Shown one piece after another: positions 8,933 to 18,865 of a stretch of DNA of 64,000 bases. How positions within the stretch are numbered: position 1 is the stretch's first letter; each line of letters starts with the position of its first letter. The DNA comes from an archaeon (GTDB taxonomy: Archaea > Nanobdellota > Nanobdellia > Pacearchaeales > GW2011-AR1). Both the position numbers and the translations under genes were made by a program. The stretch is from the NCBI GenBank assembly GCA_018693315.1, contig JABHLR010000002.1, positions 2,445 through 66,444 on the forward strand, written 5' to 3'. Below the pieces are notes generated by a model that was given only the letters and a program-made list of their open reading frames with translations, did not search any database and was not told where the DNA came from.

Positions 8933-9613
8933 ATGGAAAAAACTTGGGTGATAAGTTTGGGTGGTTCGCGGATTGTGCCGGATGATGTTGACGATAAGTT
9001 TCTTGCGAGGTTTAAGAAATTGATTGATGCGCATCGTGGTGTGAGATTTGTGGTTGTGACTGGTGGAGGTTCTACGGCGAGAAGATATATGTCGGCCTTG
9101 AGGAAATTGGGCAAGAAGACGCAGACTCAGTCGAGGGAAGGGATCGCGGTTACGAGATTACATGCTGGATTTATGGCGAGGTTTTTTGGGAAGTCGGCTA
9201 ATAGTAGTGTGCCGTTGAATATGAAGGAAGTTAAAAATTCGCTTGGGAAAAATCGTGTTGTGTTTTGTGGGGCGTTGAGATATGGGACGAAGCTTACGAC
9301 TGATGGTGTGGCGGCGAGGGTTGCTGGATATTTGAAGAGTCCGTTTATTAATTTGACTAATGTGAAGGGGTTGTATAGTGCGAATCCGGCGACTCATAAG
9401 AATGCGAAGTTTATTGGGAAGATTGGTTGGAAGAAGTTTTATGATATTGCGAAGGGAATTAAGTTTGCGGCTGGGCAGCATTTTGTTTTGGATCAGTCGG
9501 CGGCGAATGTGATTATGAAGAAGAAGATTGTGACTTATATTGTTGGGTCGCTTTCTGCGATTGATAATATTCTTAAGGGGAAGAAGTTTGTTGGGACGAG
9601 GATTGGGGGATGA
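8933..9613 (+). CDS. pyrH: UMP kinase
   Basis: VISLGGS, VVTGGG..AR.Y, TTD.VAA, TNV.GLY..NP. Confidence 0.92.
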   Translation: MEKTWVISLGGSRIVPDDVDDKFLARFKKLIDAHRGVRFVVVTGGGSTARRYMSALRKLGKKTQTQSREGIAVTRLHAGFMARFFGKSANSSVPLNMKEVKNSLGKNRVVFCGALRYGTKLTTDGVAARVAGYLKSPFINLTNVKGLYSANPATHKNAKFIGKIGWKKFYDIAKGIKFAAGQHFVLDQSAANVIMKKKIVTYIVGSLSAIDNILKGKKFVGTRIGG

Positions 9614-10122
9614 AACTGAAAAAAATTAAATCTAAGGCTGGGATTGTTGATGGTTGTGATGGGTATTTGATTGATGCTGATGAGAAAGTTGCTCGGGCTA
9701 TTGTTGCGTCGCTTAAGGATAAGAAATTTGGTGGGGTTGTTGCTGTGCTTGGTCGGAGTGGTGGATTTAACAGGAGAGTTGTTGAGAGTTTGAAGATTGA
9801 TTGTTTGGTTTCTCCTGAGTCGGGGGATAGGAAGGATAGTTTGAAGCAGAGGGATTCGGGTTTGAATCATGTTGTTGCTAAGGCTGCTAAGGCTAAGGGT
9901 ATTGAGGTTGTTATTGATTTTGATTCTTTGGTTGAGATGAAAGGTAAAGAGAAGGCTTTGGGGTTGGCGAGAATTATGCAGAATGTTAAGATTTGTCGGC
10001 GGGCTAAGTGTGGGATTAAGATTTGGGGAAGTGTCGATGAAAAGGCTTTGAGGAGTTTTGGGTTTAGTGTTGGAATGTCGAGTGTTGAGGTTAGGAAGGC
10101 TGTTGCTGCGGAGATTTTATAA
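9610..10122 (+). CDS. rnp3: RNase P protein component Rpp30-like
   Basis: NR..VE...D.L.SP....RKD...QRDSGLNHV.AK.A....I. Confidence 0.8.
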   Translation: MKLKKIKSKAGIVDGCDGYLIDADEKVARAIVASLKDKKFGGVVAVLGRSGGFNRRVVESLKIDCLVSPESGDRKDSLKQRDSGLNHVVAKAAKAKGIEVVIDFDSLVEMKGKEKALGLARIMQNVKICRRAKCGIKIWGSVDEKALRSFGFSVGMSSVEVRKAVAAEIL

Positions 10123-10142
10123 AGAGTTTTGTCTTAGGTTTT

Positions 10143-11891
10143 TTGATGGTGAGTATTACTGGTTATGCTGTGGATGTTGTGAGTGGGATTGGGAATCATA
10201 TCGCGAAATTGCCGGCGAGTGAGGCGATTATTTTTGATATTGCTGTGATCTTGATTGTTGCTGCGATACTTGCTTTTATTGCTAAGTTTTTGAGGCAGCC
10301 CTTAATTCCTGCTTATGTTTTAACTGGTTTGATTATTGGTCCGCTTGTTTTCGGATTTGTTAGGAATTTGGATTTGATTTATGCGTTCTCTGAGATTGGA
10401 ATTGCTTTCCTGTTGTTTACGGCGGGGCTTGAGATTTCGTTTAAGAAGATTAAGGAGGCTGGGCTGAAGAAGATTGTTTTGATTGGGTTGTTGCAGGTTG
10501 GTGTGATTTTTGCGTCTGTGTTTTTTCTTGCTGACTTTATGGGGTTGACTAGTTTGCAGGCTGCTTATATTGGTATTATTTTGGCGTTTGGTTCTACGAT
10601 GGTTGATATTAAATTGTTGGCTGATCGTGGTGAGTTGGTGACTTTACATGGGCGTTTGGTTTTGGGTATTTTGTTGTTTCAGGATTTGATTGCTATTATT
10701 GCGATTGTTGTTTTTACTTCTGGTAATTTTGCTGTTGGTCCTCTGTTTATTGCTTTTGCTAAGCTTGCGACGATTTTGATTGTGGCGATAGTTTTGCAGA
10801 AATATGTTTTGAATAAGTTGTTTAGGTTTGCTGCTAGATCTAATGAGTTGTTATTTTTGTCGTCGCTGGCTGTGCTTTTCTTCTTTATTATTTTGACCTA
10901 TGTTTCTGAGTTGTCGATTGTGATTGGTGCTTTTATTGCTGGGGTTTCTTTGGCTAATTCGCCGTTTAAGATGGAGTTGGAATCTCGTGTTGCTCCGCTG
11001 AGGGATTTCTTTGCTATTTTGTTTTTTGTCGCTCTGGGTATGCAAATTGTGTTTAGTGGGATTGGTGAGAGGATGGTTTTGTTGTGGGTGCTTTTGGCTG
11101 GTGCTTTTTTGATTAAGCCGATTATTACTTTGATTCTTTTGAGGGTTACTTGTTATCGTTCTCGGACTAGTTTCTTTACTGCGATTTCGCTTGCTCAGCT
11201 TTCTGAGTTCTCTTTGATTATTGGTGCGATTGGTGTTTCGATGGGTGCTTTGGATGTTTCGATTTTTTCGACTGTGATTTTGGCGACGATTATTACGATG
11301 TCTGTTACTCCTTACTTTATTAATTTGAAGGATGGGTTGTATCGGGTTTTTAAGTATCCTGTTAGGATGTTGCGGTTTTTGCCGATGAGAGATGATTTGA
11401 AATATGAGCGTGGGGACGATAAGGATGTTTTGTTGATTGGGTCGCATAGGATGGGTGGAGCTTTGATGGAGGAGTTGCTGGGTAAGAAAGATAAGTTGTT
11501 GGTTGTTGATTATAATCCTGAGGTGATTGGGATTTTGAAGAAGAAGAAGGTTTCTTGTATTTATGGTGATGTTACTAGCCCTGAACTCCTGGACAAGATT
11601 AATCTTAAGAAATTGAGGTTGGTAATTTCGACTATTCCTGATTATGGTGAGACTCTGCATTTGTTGAAGAAAATTAAGAGGGTTGCGCCGAAGGTTAAGG
11701 TTGTTGTGACGGGGTCGAGGATTAGTGAGGCTTTGAGATTGTATAAGGCTGGGGCTGATTTTGTTGTGACGCCGAAGATTATTGCTGGCCAGGAGTTGGC
11801 TGAAGTTATACACGGCAGTAAGATGGATCTGAAGAAGGAGAAGAGGAAGCATTTGAAGCATTTGAGTGAGATACATAAGTTGCTTTACTAA
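10143..11891 (+). CDS. Kef-type cation:proton antiporter with TrkA-N domain
   Basis: CPA2 TM domain (LRDFF..LFF, QLSEFS) plus C-terminal GxxxxG / YGD domain. Confidence 0.9.
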   Translation: MMVSITGYAVDVVSGIGNHIAKLPASEAIIFDIAVILIVAAILAFIAKFLRQPLIPAYVLTGLIIGPLVFGFVRNLDLIYAFSEIGIAFLLFTAGLEISFKKIKEAGLKKIVLIGLLQVGVIFASVFFLADFMGLTSLQAAYIGIILAFGSTMVDIKLLADRGELVTLHGRLVLGILLFQDLIAIIAIVVFTSGNFAVGPLFIAFAKLATILIVAIVLQKYVLNKLFRFAARSNELLFLSSLAVLFFFIILTYVSELSIVIGAFIAGVSLANSPFKMELESRVAPLRDFFAILFFVALGMQIVFSGIGERMVLLWVLLAGAFLIKPIITLILLRVTCYRSRTSFFTAISLAQLSEFSLIIGAIGVSMGALDVSIFSTVILATIITMSVTPYFINLKDGLYRVFKYPVRMLRFLPMRDDLKYERGDDKDVLLIGSHRMGGALMEELLGKKDKLLVVDYNPEVIGILKKKKVSCIYGDVTSPELLDKINLKKLRLVISTIPDYGETLHLLKKIKRVAPKVKVVVTGSRISEALRLYKAGADFVVTPKIIAGQELAEVIHGSKMDLKKEKRKHLKHLSEIHKLLY

Positions 11892-11922
11892 ACCTTAAAA
11901 ATGCGTTAATCTATGGAGCTAT

Positions 11923-13440
11923 ATGGAAGATAAATTGATTATTGAGTCGTTGTCGCCGATGGAGCGGAGCGTTTTGCCGAAGTTGAGTGGAGATTTTTTG
12001 AGTATTGAGGATGTTTCTGAGAACGCTGATTTGGATAAAACTACTGCCCTGAGAGCTGTTGGGTTTTTGAAGAATAAGGAGCTGGTTGAAGTTGAGAGCG
12101 CTGAGAAGAAAGTTGTGATTCTTGGGATTTTGGGTGTTAATTACTTGAAGAAGGAGTTGCCTGAGCGGGTTTTGTTGAATAAGTTGTCGGAGAAGAAATC
12201 TATTTTGATTGGGGAGATTCGAAATGTTTGTGGGTTGAATGAGAATGAGGCGAAGATTGCGTTGGGGACTTTGAAGAAGAAGGCGCTGATTGGTATTGAT
12301 GGCGGGAAGTTAGTTTTGAATGCGAAGTCGAGTGAGGTTTCTAGCAAGATGGTCGAGGAGTTGTTTCTTGAGAAGTTGCCGATGGAGGTTGGGGAGGTTA
12401 AGGACTTGGATGCTTTGGCTTTTGAGAATTTGAAGAAGCGAAAGGATATTGTCGAGGTTGAGGAGCAGAAGTCTATGAGTGTTAAGTTGACTGGGTTGGG
12501 GGTGAAGATTTCTAAGATGAATTTGGATGATAATTTGCTGGAGGCTTTGACGCCGAAGATTTTGAAGCAGAACGCGTGGAAGGGAAAGAAGTTTAGGCGG
12601 TATGATTTGTCGTCGCCAGTTCCGAGGATTTATGGGGGGAAGAGGCATTTTACGAATCAAGCTAAGGATCATGCGAAATCGATTTGGTTGGAGATGGGTT
12701 TTAAGGAGATGAGTGGGAATTTGGTCGAGACTGGGTTTTGGGTTTTTGATGCTTTGTTTACGGCTCAGGATCATCCGGTTCGGGAGATGCAGGATACGTT
12801 TTATTTAAAGGACATGAAGGGTGAGCTGCCGGCTAAAGATATTGTTAGCGGGGTTAAGAAGGCTCATGAGGGTGGAATTGATGGGTCTAAGGGTTGGCAG
12901 TATAAATGGGAGGAGGAGAAGGCAAAGAAGGTTTTGCTTAGGACGCATACTACTAATTTGTCGGCTAGGAAGTTGAAAGAGATTGCGGATACTAAAGAAT
13001 TTCCTGCTAAGTACTTTTCAATTGGAAAATGTTTTAGGAATGAGACTGTGGATTGGTCGCATGGTTTTGAGTTTAATCAGACTGAAGGGATTGTGGTTGA
13101 TGAGAATGCTAATTTTAGGCAGTTGATTGGATATTTGACTCAGTTCTTTAATAAGATGGGATTTGATAAGCTTAGAATTAGGCCTGCTTATTTTGCGTAT
13201 ACCGAGCCGTCGTTGGAGATGGATTACTTTCATCCTGTGCATAAGAAGTGGGTTGAGCTCGGGGCGGCGGGGATGTTTAGGCCTGAGGTTACGATTCCTA
13301 TGTTTGGGAAGCATGTTCCTGTGTTGGCTTGGGGTCCTGGATTTGATAGAATTATGACTCAGTTTTTTGAGATTAATGATTTGAGGGAATTGTATAAGAA
13401 TGATATTAGTAAATTACGGGAGACTAAGGTTTGGAGATAA
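11923..13440 (+). CDS. pheS: Phenylalanyl-tRNA synthetase alpha (archaeal type)
   Basis: FDALF..QDHPVREMQDTF, LRTHTT, FRNE.VD..H..EF.Q, YTEPS. Confidence 0.97.
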   Translation: MEDKLIIESLSPMERSVLPKLSGDFLSIEDVSENADLDKTTALRAVGFLKNKELVEVESAEKKVVILGILGVNYLKKELPERVLLNKLSEKKSILIGEIRNVCGLNENEAKIALGTLKKKALIGIDGGKLVLNAKSSEVSSKMVEELFLEKLPMEVGEVKDLDALAFENLKKRKDIVEVEEQKSMSVKLTGLGVKISKMNLDDNLLEALTPKILKQNAWKGKKFRRYDLSSPVPRIYGGKRHFTNQAKDHAKSIWLEMGFKEMSGNLVETGFWVFDALFTAQDHPVREMQDTFYLKDMKGELPAKDIVSGVKKAHEGGIDGSKGWQYKWEEEKAKKVLLRTHTTNLSARKLKEIADTKEFPAKYFSIGKCFRNETVDWSHGFEFNQTEGIVVDENANFRQLIGYLTQFFNKMGFDKLRIRPAYFAYTEPSLEMDYFHPVHKKWVELGAAGMFRPEVTIPMFGKHVPVLAWGPGFDRIMTQFFEINDLRELYKNDISKLRETKVWR

Positions 13441-13441
13441 G

Positions 13442-15088
13442 ATGACTATATTAACAGTTGATAGGAAAGAGTTTGAGAAGAAGGCTGGGAAGGTTACTAA
13501 GGAGCTTGAAGATAAGATTACGATGATGGGGACGCCGATTGAGGAAGTTAGTGATGCTGAGGTTAGTGTTGAGGTTTTTCCTAATAGGCCTGATTTGTTG
13601 TCGATGGGGAATTTTGCTAGGGCTGTGAATCAATTTAACGGGAAAGGAAAGGTTGCTAGTTTTAAGATTAATAAGCCAGAGAGTGATTTTGTTGTGACGA
13701 TTGATAAGAGTGTTAAATCGGTTAGGCCTCATACGGTTTGTGCAATTGTTAAGGGATTGAAGTTTGATGACGCTAAGATTAAAGAGATTGTTGATATTCA
13801 GGAGAAGTTGCATAATTCGCTTGGGCGGAAGAGGAAGAAGTTGGCGATTGGGATTTACCCGCTTGATAAGATTAAGTTGCCGATTAGGTTTATTGGACGG
13901 AAGCCTGAGGATATTAAATTCTTGCCGTTGGAGGCTAAGGCTGAGATGACAGGTAGGCAGATTTTGAGAGGTCACCCCGCTGGTCGTGAGTATGCTGATT
14001 TGTTGAAAGACATGGAAGTGTTTCCGATTTTTGTTGACGCTAATGATGAGATTCTTTCGATGCCGCCGATTATTAATTCTGAGAAAACTGGCAGGATTGA
14101 TGAATCTACTAAGGAAATTTTTATTGAGTGCTCTGGGTATAATTTGGTTTATTTGAAGAAGTGTTTGAATATTATTGTTGCGGCTTTGGATTCTATGGGC
14201 GGAAAGGTTTATGCTATGGATGTTAAGGATTCCAAGGACAAGGATTTTGTGTCGCCTGATATGAGCGCTGAGGAGTTGAGTTTTAAGATCGAGGATATTG
14301 AGAAGACGCTTGGGATTTCATTGAAGGAGAAGGATGTTGTTGGTTATTTGGCTAGGATGGGGATTGGTTATGATGTTAAGAAAAAGGTTGCTTTAATTCC
14401 TGCTTATCGTGCTGATATTTTGCATTGGGTTGATTTGGCTGAGGAGGTTGCGATTGCTTATGGTTATGATAAGTTTGTGCCTGAGATTCCTGAGATTTCT
14501 ACGATTGCCGAGGAGAATCCTGTTGATAAATTAAAAAGGACGATTGGAAATGTTTTGGCTGGTGTTGGGTTACTGGAGACTTCTAGTTATCATTTGACGA
14601 CTAAGAAGAATGTGAAGAGAATGCATTATGAGTTTAATGATTTTATTGAGGTTGAGGATTCGAAGACTGAGCGGGATGTTTTGAGGATTGATTTGTTGAC
14701 GAATCTTTTACAAATAGCTTCGGAGAATAGTGATGCTTCCTACCCGCAGAAAGTTTTTGAGATGGGGACGGTCTTTGCTCGGGATGAGAATAGCTCAACA
14801 GGTGTTTTTGAAAAAGAGAGATTAGCGATTGCTTTAGCTGATGAGAATATTAGGTTTACGGAGATGAAACAGATCTTGGATTATTTGTTTAAAATGTTGG
14901 ACGTTGAGTACTCGATTGAGGCAGTGGATAATTCGAATTATATTATTGGTAGGTGCGGAAAGATTGTTGTTAAGGGGAAAGAAGTTGGGCTTGTTGGTGA
15001 GATTGCGCCTAGGGTTTTAAAGAATTGGAAGATTAAGATGCCTGTTGTTGCGTGTGAGATGGGGCTTGGGTTTTTGATGGAAGAATAA
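13442..15088 (+). CDS. pheT: Phenylalanyl-tRNA synthetase beta
   Basis: PNRPDLLS, QEKLH..GR.R, SMPPIINS, YRADILH..DLAEEVAIAYGY. Confidence 0.97.
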   Translation: MTILTVDRKEFEKKAGKVTKELEDKITMMGTPIEEVSDAEVSVEVFPNRPDLLSMGNFARAVNQFNGKGKVASFKINKPESDFVVTIDKSVKSVRPHTVCAIVKGLKFDDAKIKEIVDIQEKLHNSLGRKRKKLAIGIYPLDKIKLPIRFIGRKPEDIKFLPLEAKAEMTGRQILRGHPAGREYADLLKDMEVFPIFVDANDEILSMPPIINSEKTGRIDESTKEIFIECSGYNLVYLKKCLNIIVAALDSMGGKVYAMDVKDSKDKDFVSPDMSAEELSFKIEDIEKTLGISLKEKDVVGYLARMGIGYDVKKKVALIPAYRADILHWVDLAEEVAIAYGYDKFVPEIPEISTIAEENPVDKLKRTIGNVLAGVGLLETSSYHLTTKKNVKRMHYEFNDFIEVEDSKTERDVLRIDLLTNLLQIASENSDASYPQKVFEMGTVFARDENSSTGVFEKERLAIALADENIRFTEMKQILDYLFKMLDVEYSIEAVDNSNYIIGRCGKIVVKGKEVGLVGEIAPRVLKNWKIKMPVVACEMGLGFLMEE

Positions 15089-15183
15089 TTGCGAATATGT
15101 TAGTTTTAAGAATTTGTGTATGTTGTATCTTTTAAGGAGTAACATGTAGTAACCTTTATAAGTTAAATAATTTCTAATAAGAT

Positions 15184-15819
15184 ATGGAAGGGAATTATCT
15201 TGAGGCAGAGAAATTGCTGCGAAAATCTATTGAAGCTAATGGGGATGTTAGTTGGGCAGCTGTTGACAATAAGAAAATGGGGAAAGCTTATGGAAAGCTG
15301 GTTGATATCTTCGGGAATGAATTGAGCTCTGGAAATAGACAGGAAATAGTTCAAACAATGATAAGGAATTCTGGGTATTCTGAGACTGCAGAAAGTCCTG
15401 AAACAATCTTCACGACAGCGGTGGATGGTGAAAATCAATATGATGTGGCTGCATGTGTTTATTTACCCGGAGCGGATCTTCCAGTATTTGTTCATGAAGG
15501 AACTCACTTTTTAGCTCATTACGGTCCGAAGGCAGAAAGAATAATTCAAAAAGATATACCTCTTGCAAATGTCTTGGAGTATTTTTTCAGGTTAAGACAA
15601 GATCCTTCTCGCTTGGAAGAAATTACTGGAGGAGTAGATTTAAAGACGCTAAGAAGTGTTGCGGCTAATCCATTTTTAGATGACTCGGTAGAACATTCTA
15701 ATGGGGAAACTAGGGAGGCAATTATAACTGCGGTGAATGCTTATGCTGAATCTGAGCGGCATGGGGAGCAAGCGGGAATTGCTTATATAAGAAATTTGAT
15801 GGTGGAATCAAATGCCTAG
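15184..15819 (+). CDS. Hypothetical protein with HExxH motif
   Basis: VFVHEGTHFL; atypical codon usage. Confidence 0.55.
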   Translation: MEGNYLEAEKLLRKSIEANGDVSWAAVDNKKMGKAYGKLVDIFGNELSSGNRQEIVQTMIRNSGYSETAESPETIFTTAVDGENQYDVAACVYLPGADLPVFVHEGTHFLAHYGPKAERIIQKDIPLANVLEYFFRLRQDPSRLEEITGGVDLKTLRSVAANPFLDDSVEHSNGETREAIITAVNAYAESERHGEQAGIAYIRNLMVESNA

Positions 15820-16510
15820 GTTTGAGAAAGCAAGAGATGGGATTGAGTATGTGGTTAGGATTCCTGGAGAAATAACTGTAGATGATCCCGTTGGAGCACA
15901 TATTCTAAAGAGGGTAGATGCAAATCCTAATATCAGGACAAGGTTTGGTGCGAAACAGGTAAGATATGATAAGCTCCTAGAAGACTTTGAGAATAGTGAT
16001 CTGCCCAAAGAATACTATGATGCTTTAATGAATAGAATGGGTCATATAACAAAACCTCTTGCGCAAATAAGAGATGAAAGAGTCTTTAGAGGAAATGCGT
16101 CAAAAAATGGCCCTCTTTTAAAACAGCTTTTTGGCGAAGAGGACAAACTGTCCGCAGAACAGATTAAGGAATTGACATATAGACTTGGTGATTTTGGTGG
16201 CTTTAAGGGGTATGTCAAGGATTATATTTCGCAGAGATTATCTGACTTGCCAAATGAATTTTCTGAATATAAAGAAGAAATAAGGGCTTCGAGTCAGTCG
16301 GGAAATATGAAAGGCTTAGTAACTGCGCTGACTAATTTGAGAAGAGTGGTGGACTTTCATGTAGATTATGGACACGGAACTTTTCTTAAATGGCATACCA
16401 ATAGAGATCTTATGGCAAAATATAGCGAGGCAAACAAGAATGGAAGTATATTTGAATTCTTAGATGTTGCTCGAGAAGTTGTAGGGAAACATAATAAAGC
16501 TAAGTCTTAA
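15812..16510 (+). CDS. Hypothetical protein
   Basis: 232-aa ORF overlapping the previous gene. Confidence 0.55.
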   Translation: MPRFEKARDGIEYVVRIPGEITVDDPVGAHILKRVDANPNIRTRFGAKQVRYDKLLEDFENSDLPKEYYDALMNRMGHITKPLAQIRDERVFRGNASKNGPLLKQLFGEEDKLSAEQIKELTYRLGDFGGFKGYVKDYISQRLSDLPNEFSEYKEEIRASSQSGNMKGLVTALTNLRRVVDFHVDYGHGTFLKWHTNRDLMAKYSEANKNGSIFEFLDVAREVVGKHNKAKS

Positions 16511-16523
16511 TCTTTTGAAATGA

Positions 16524-17003
16524 TTAGCCGAAGTAACTTCGTTTTTTTGATATGTCATCAGTTTCGAAATTTGTTTCTAGGTTTTCGATGAGCTTCATTA
16601 TTGTCGGCTTGAACTCTTGCCAGATTATGAAGGCTTCGTTGATGAATTTTGCTTCTTCTTTCTCGTTGTAGATTGTGTCGAGTTTCATTATTTCGATTTG
16701 GGTTCGTGATAGGGCCTTGTAGATTTTCTTTATTGTTTCTTTGTCTGTTTCGGACATATTTCTGATAATTGAAAATACGAACATTGGGGGTGAACTTGGG
16801 TTAATTAGAGTTTCAAAAAGATGGAGATATGCTGCGATCTTTTCATTGATTGTTCTACGAATTTCCCGGACTAAGAACATTGATTCTTTATCTTGGATCT
16901 TCTCGATGTCAAAATCTTCGGCTATTTTTTGGAATTCAGGCAAACTATGTTTTTGTGCTAGTTCGTTATATACTGCTTCGAAGTCGAAGTCGTCTTTTTC
17001 CAT
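16524..17003 (-). CDS. Hypothetical helical protein
   Basis: 159-aa ORF with upstream TATA. Confidence 0.65.
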   Translation of the reverse strand: MEKDDFDFEAVYNELAQKHSLPEFQKIAEDFDIEKIQDKESMFLVREIRRTINEKIAAYLHLFETLINPSSPPMFVFSIIRNMSETDKETIKKIYKALSRTQIEIMKLDTIYNEKEEAKFINEAFIIWQEFKPTIMKLIENLETNFETDDISKKRSYFG

Positions 17004-17056
17004 AAAGTAGTTGCGAGGGGAGTGTTTATAAATTTAAGTGGGGAAGAGTTTATGTT

Positions 17057-17177
17057 GCCGCAGTAGCTCAGTTTTGATAGAGCGCGTCATTGGTAAAGTA
17101 AGTTCGAAGAACTTTCATGTTTTGAATTTAAAAATCCAAAAATGACGAGGTCACGGGTTTGATCCCCGTCTGTGGCT
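17057..17177 (+). tRNA. tRNA-Thr(GGU) with 46-nt intron at 37/38 (17096-17141)
   Basis: GCCGCAG/CUGUGGC acceptor; CGUCA/UGACG anticodon stem; BHB helix UUGG/CCAA with AAA bulge. Confidence 0.9.
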
Positions 17178-17497
17178 TATCTTCTGGGCTGATCTGTGTC
17201 TGTATTGTTTACTTTAATTGCATTTCCGACTAGTCCTACTGTGTCGGATCCTATGTCCCAGAGGCTTGATGCTGTTTGACCGATCCATCCGAAGTAGATG
17301 TAGACTGCGTTGACGACTCCTCGTGGTGATGTTAGATCGACTTGGCTTGATGTGAATATGTTTATCATTGAGAAGTATATTAGGGCTCCGATTAGAACTA
17401 TGATTACGACTTTCATTTTTCGGGAATGGTGCTCCATTTTTAGATACCAGAGGCCGGCTAGAACGAATACTGCTACTATCACCCATTGGACTATCAT
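17177..17497 (-). CDS. Small membrane protein
   Basis: Two to three hydrophobic segments. Confidence 0.65.
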   Translation of the reverse strand: MIVQWVIVAVFVLAGLWYLKMEHHSRKMKVVIIVLIGALIYFSMINIFTSSQVDLTSPRGVVNAVYIYFGWIGQTASSLWDIGSDTVGLVGNAIKVNNTDTDQPRR

Positions 17498-17561
17498 GTT
17501 ATGTTAAAGGGATTGTGTTATAAAAAGTTATCTTTTTATAGTTGAAAATGTTTGGTTAATT

Positions 17562-18224
17562 ATGAAGAAGAGGCTTAAGGTTTATTTATTTAGACATGGG
17601 AAGACGACGTTTAATCGTGATGGGCGCTTCACGGGGCAGTCAGAAGCTAGGTTGACGGCGGAGGGTCGGAAGCATGCGAATATTATTGCTAAGAAATTGA
17701 GGGGTAAGAAGTTTGAGGTTGCGATTCGTACTCATTTGTCTAGGTCAAAGGATACATTGAGGCCTGTTTTGGAGTTTCATCCTGAGTGTAAGATTATTTT
17801 GGAGGATGATAGGATGATTGAGAGGAGTTATGGTGATCTTGAGGGGACGACACATGAGCAGTTTATTGATAGAATTGGTGAGCGGAGTTATGATTTGAGG
17901 GTTCATGGGGATGCGATTGAGAATCTTGAGCCGAAGTTGAGGGATAAGGTTGAGGAGTTTTTGGGGAAGGAGGAGTATAAGGCGATTCATAGAGGGTATA
18001 AGGTTGCGGCTCCGGGTGGCGAGTCTTTTAGGGATGTTGAGAAAAGGGTTAAGAAGTTTATTAAGTGGCTGAAGAAATATATGAGAAAGAATAAGGTTAA
18101 TGTTGCGATTTCGGCGCATGGGAATTCTATTCGGTTGTTTCGTAAGATAATGGAGAGGGCCCCGAAGAAAGAGGTTGTTAGTTGGTTCATTCCTTATGAT
18201 AAGGTTTTTGAGTATTCGATTTAG
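17562..18224 (+). CDS. Histidine phosphatase family protein (phosphoglycerate mutase-like)
   Basis: RHG.T..N, ERSYG.LEG, PGGES, SAHGNSIR. Confidence 0.9.
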   Translation: MKKRLKVYLFRHGKTTFNRDGRFTGQSEARLTAEGRKHANIIAKKLRGKKFEVAIRTHLSRSKDTLRPVLEFHPECKIILEDDRMIERSYGDLEGTTHEQFIDRIGERSYDLRVHGDAIENLEPKLRDKVEEFLGKEEYKAIHRGYKVAAPGGESFRDVEKRVKKFIKWLKKYMRKNKVNVAISAHGNSIRLFRKIMERAPKKEVVSWFIPYDKVFEYSI

Positions 18225-18227
18225 AAA

Positions 18228-18833
18228 TTATTCTTCGTTTTCATCTGCTTCGTCTGCTTCTGATGCCATCCATGCCCACCATGGTCTTTTGACTTCTATC
18301 TCTTCTCCGGTCTCTGCGTCAATTCTTGTTAGAACATCTTCGTGATTTTTGATGAAACCAAAAATTCTGAAAGTCTTTCTTGCTCTGGCTTCGTAGACTG
18401 CTTGAGTTCTATTTCCTTCGCCGACTTCTTTGAGTTCGATTGTGCAGTTTCTTGTTTCGTTGCAATTTTTTAATCTTAATCTTTTAAGTGCTTTTTCTGA
18501 AGCTGTGTCTGGCATTATTTTTATTAGGGCGTTTCTTCCGTTGCTTAGTCTTACTCTTAGTTCGCTTGCGTTGCTTCCATTAGTTAGATTCAATCTTGTT
18601 CTGATTCTGGCCTTTTGTGCTCGAAGCTCTATGATTTCAGAATTTATTTTTCTTAAAATTAGTCTTCTTTCGTCTAGTAATATTTCTTCACCAGCTTGCA
18701 TTCTTTCCCTTATACCTGCCATGGCTTCTACCTGCAGAGCTCTTCTTTCTTGTGTGCCATTCTGTGCCGCGACTACGCCTAGCATTGCAATTAGGAATGT
18801 CGTTAAAAGTAAAACTGTTATCACCTTTTTCAT
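18228..18833 (-). CDS. Secreted hypothetical protein
   Basis: Signal peptide; C-terminal IDAETGE..KRPWW (PepSY-like end). Confidence 0.7.
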   Translation of the reverse strand: MKKVITVLLLTTFLIAMLGVVAAQNGTQERRALQVEAMAGIRERMQAGEEILLDERRLILRKINSEIIELRAQKARIRTRLNLTNGSNASELRVRLSNGRNALIKIMPDTASEKALKRLRLKNCNETRNCTIELKEVGEGNRTQAVYEARARKTFRIFGFIKNHEDVLTRIDAETGEEIEVKRPWWAWMASEADEADENEE

Positions 18834-18865
18834 AAGATTAATAAGCTGATTTGATATAAAAAGTT

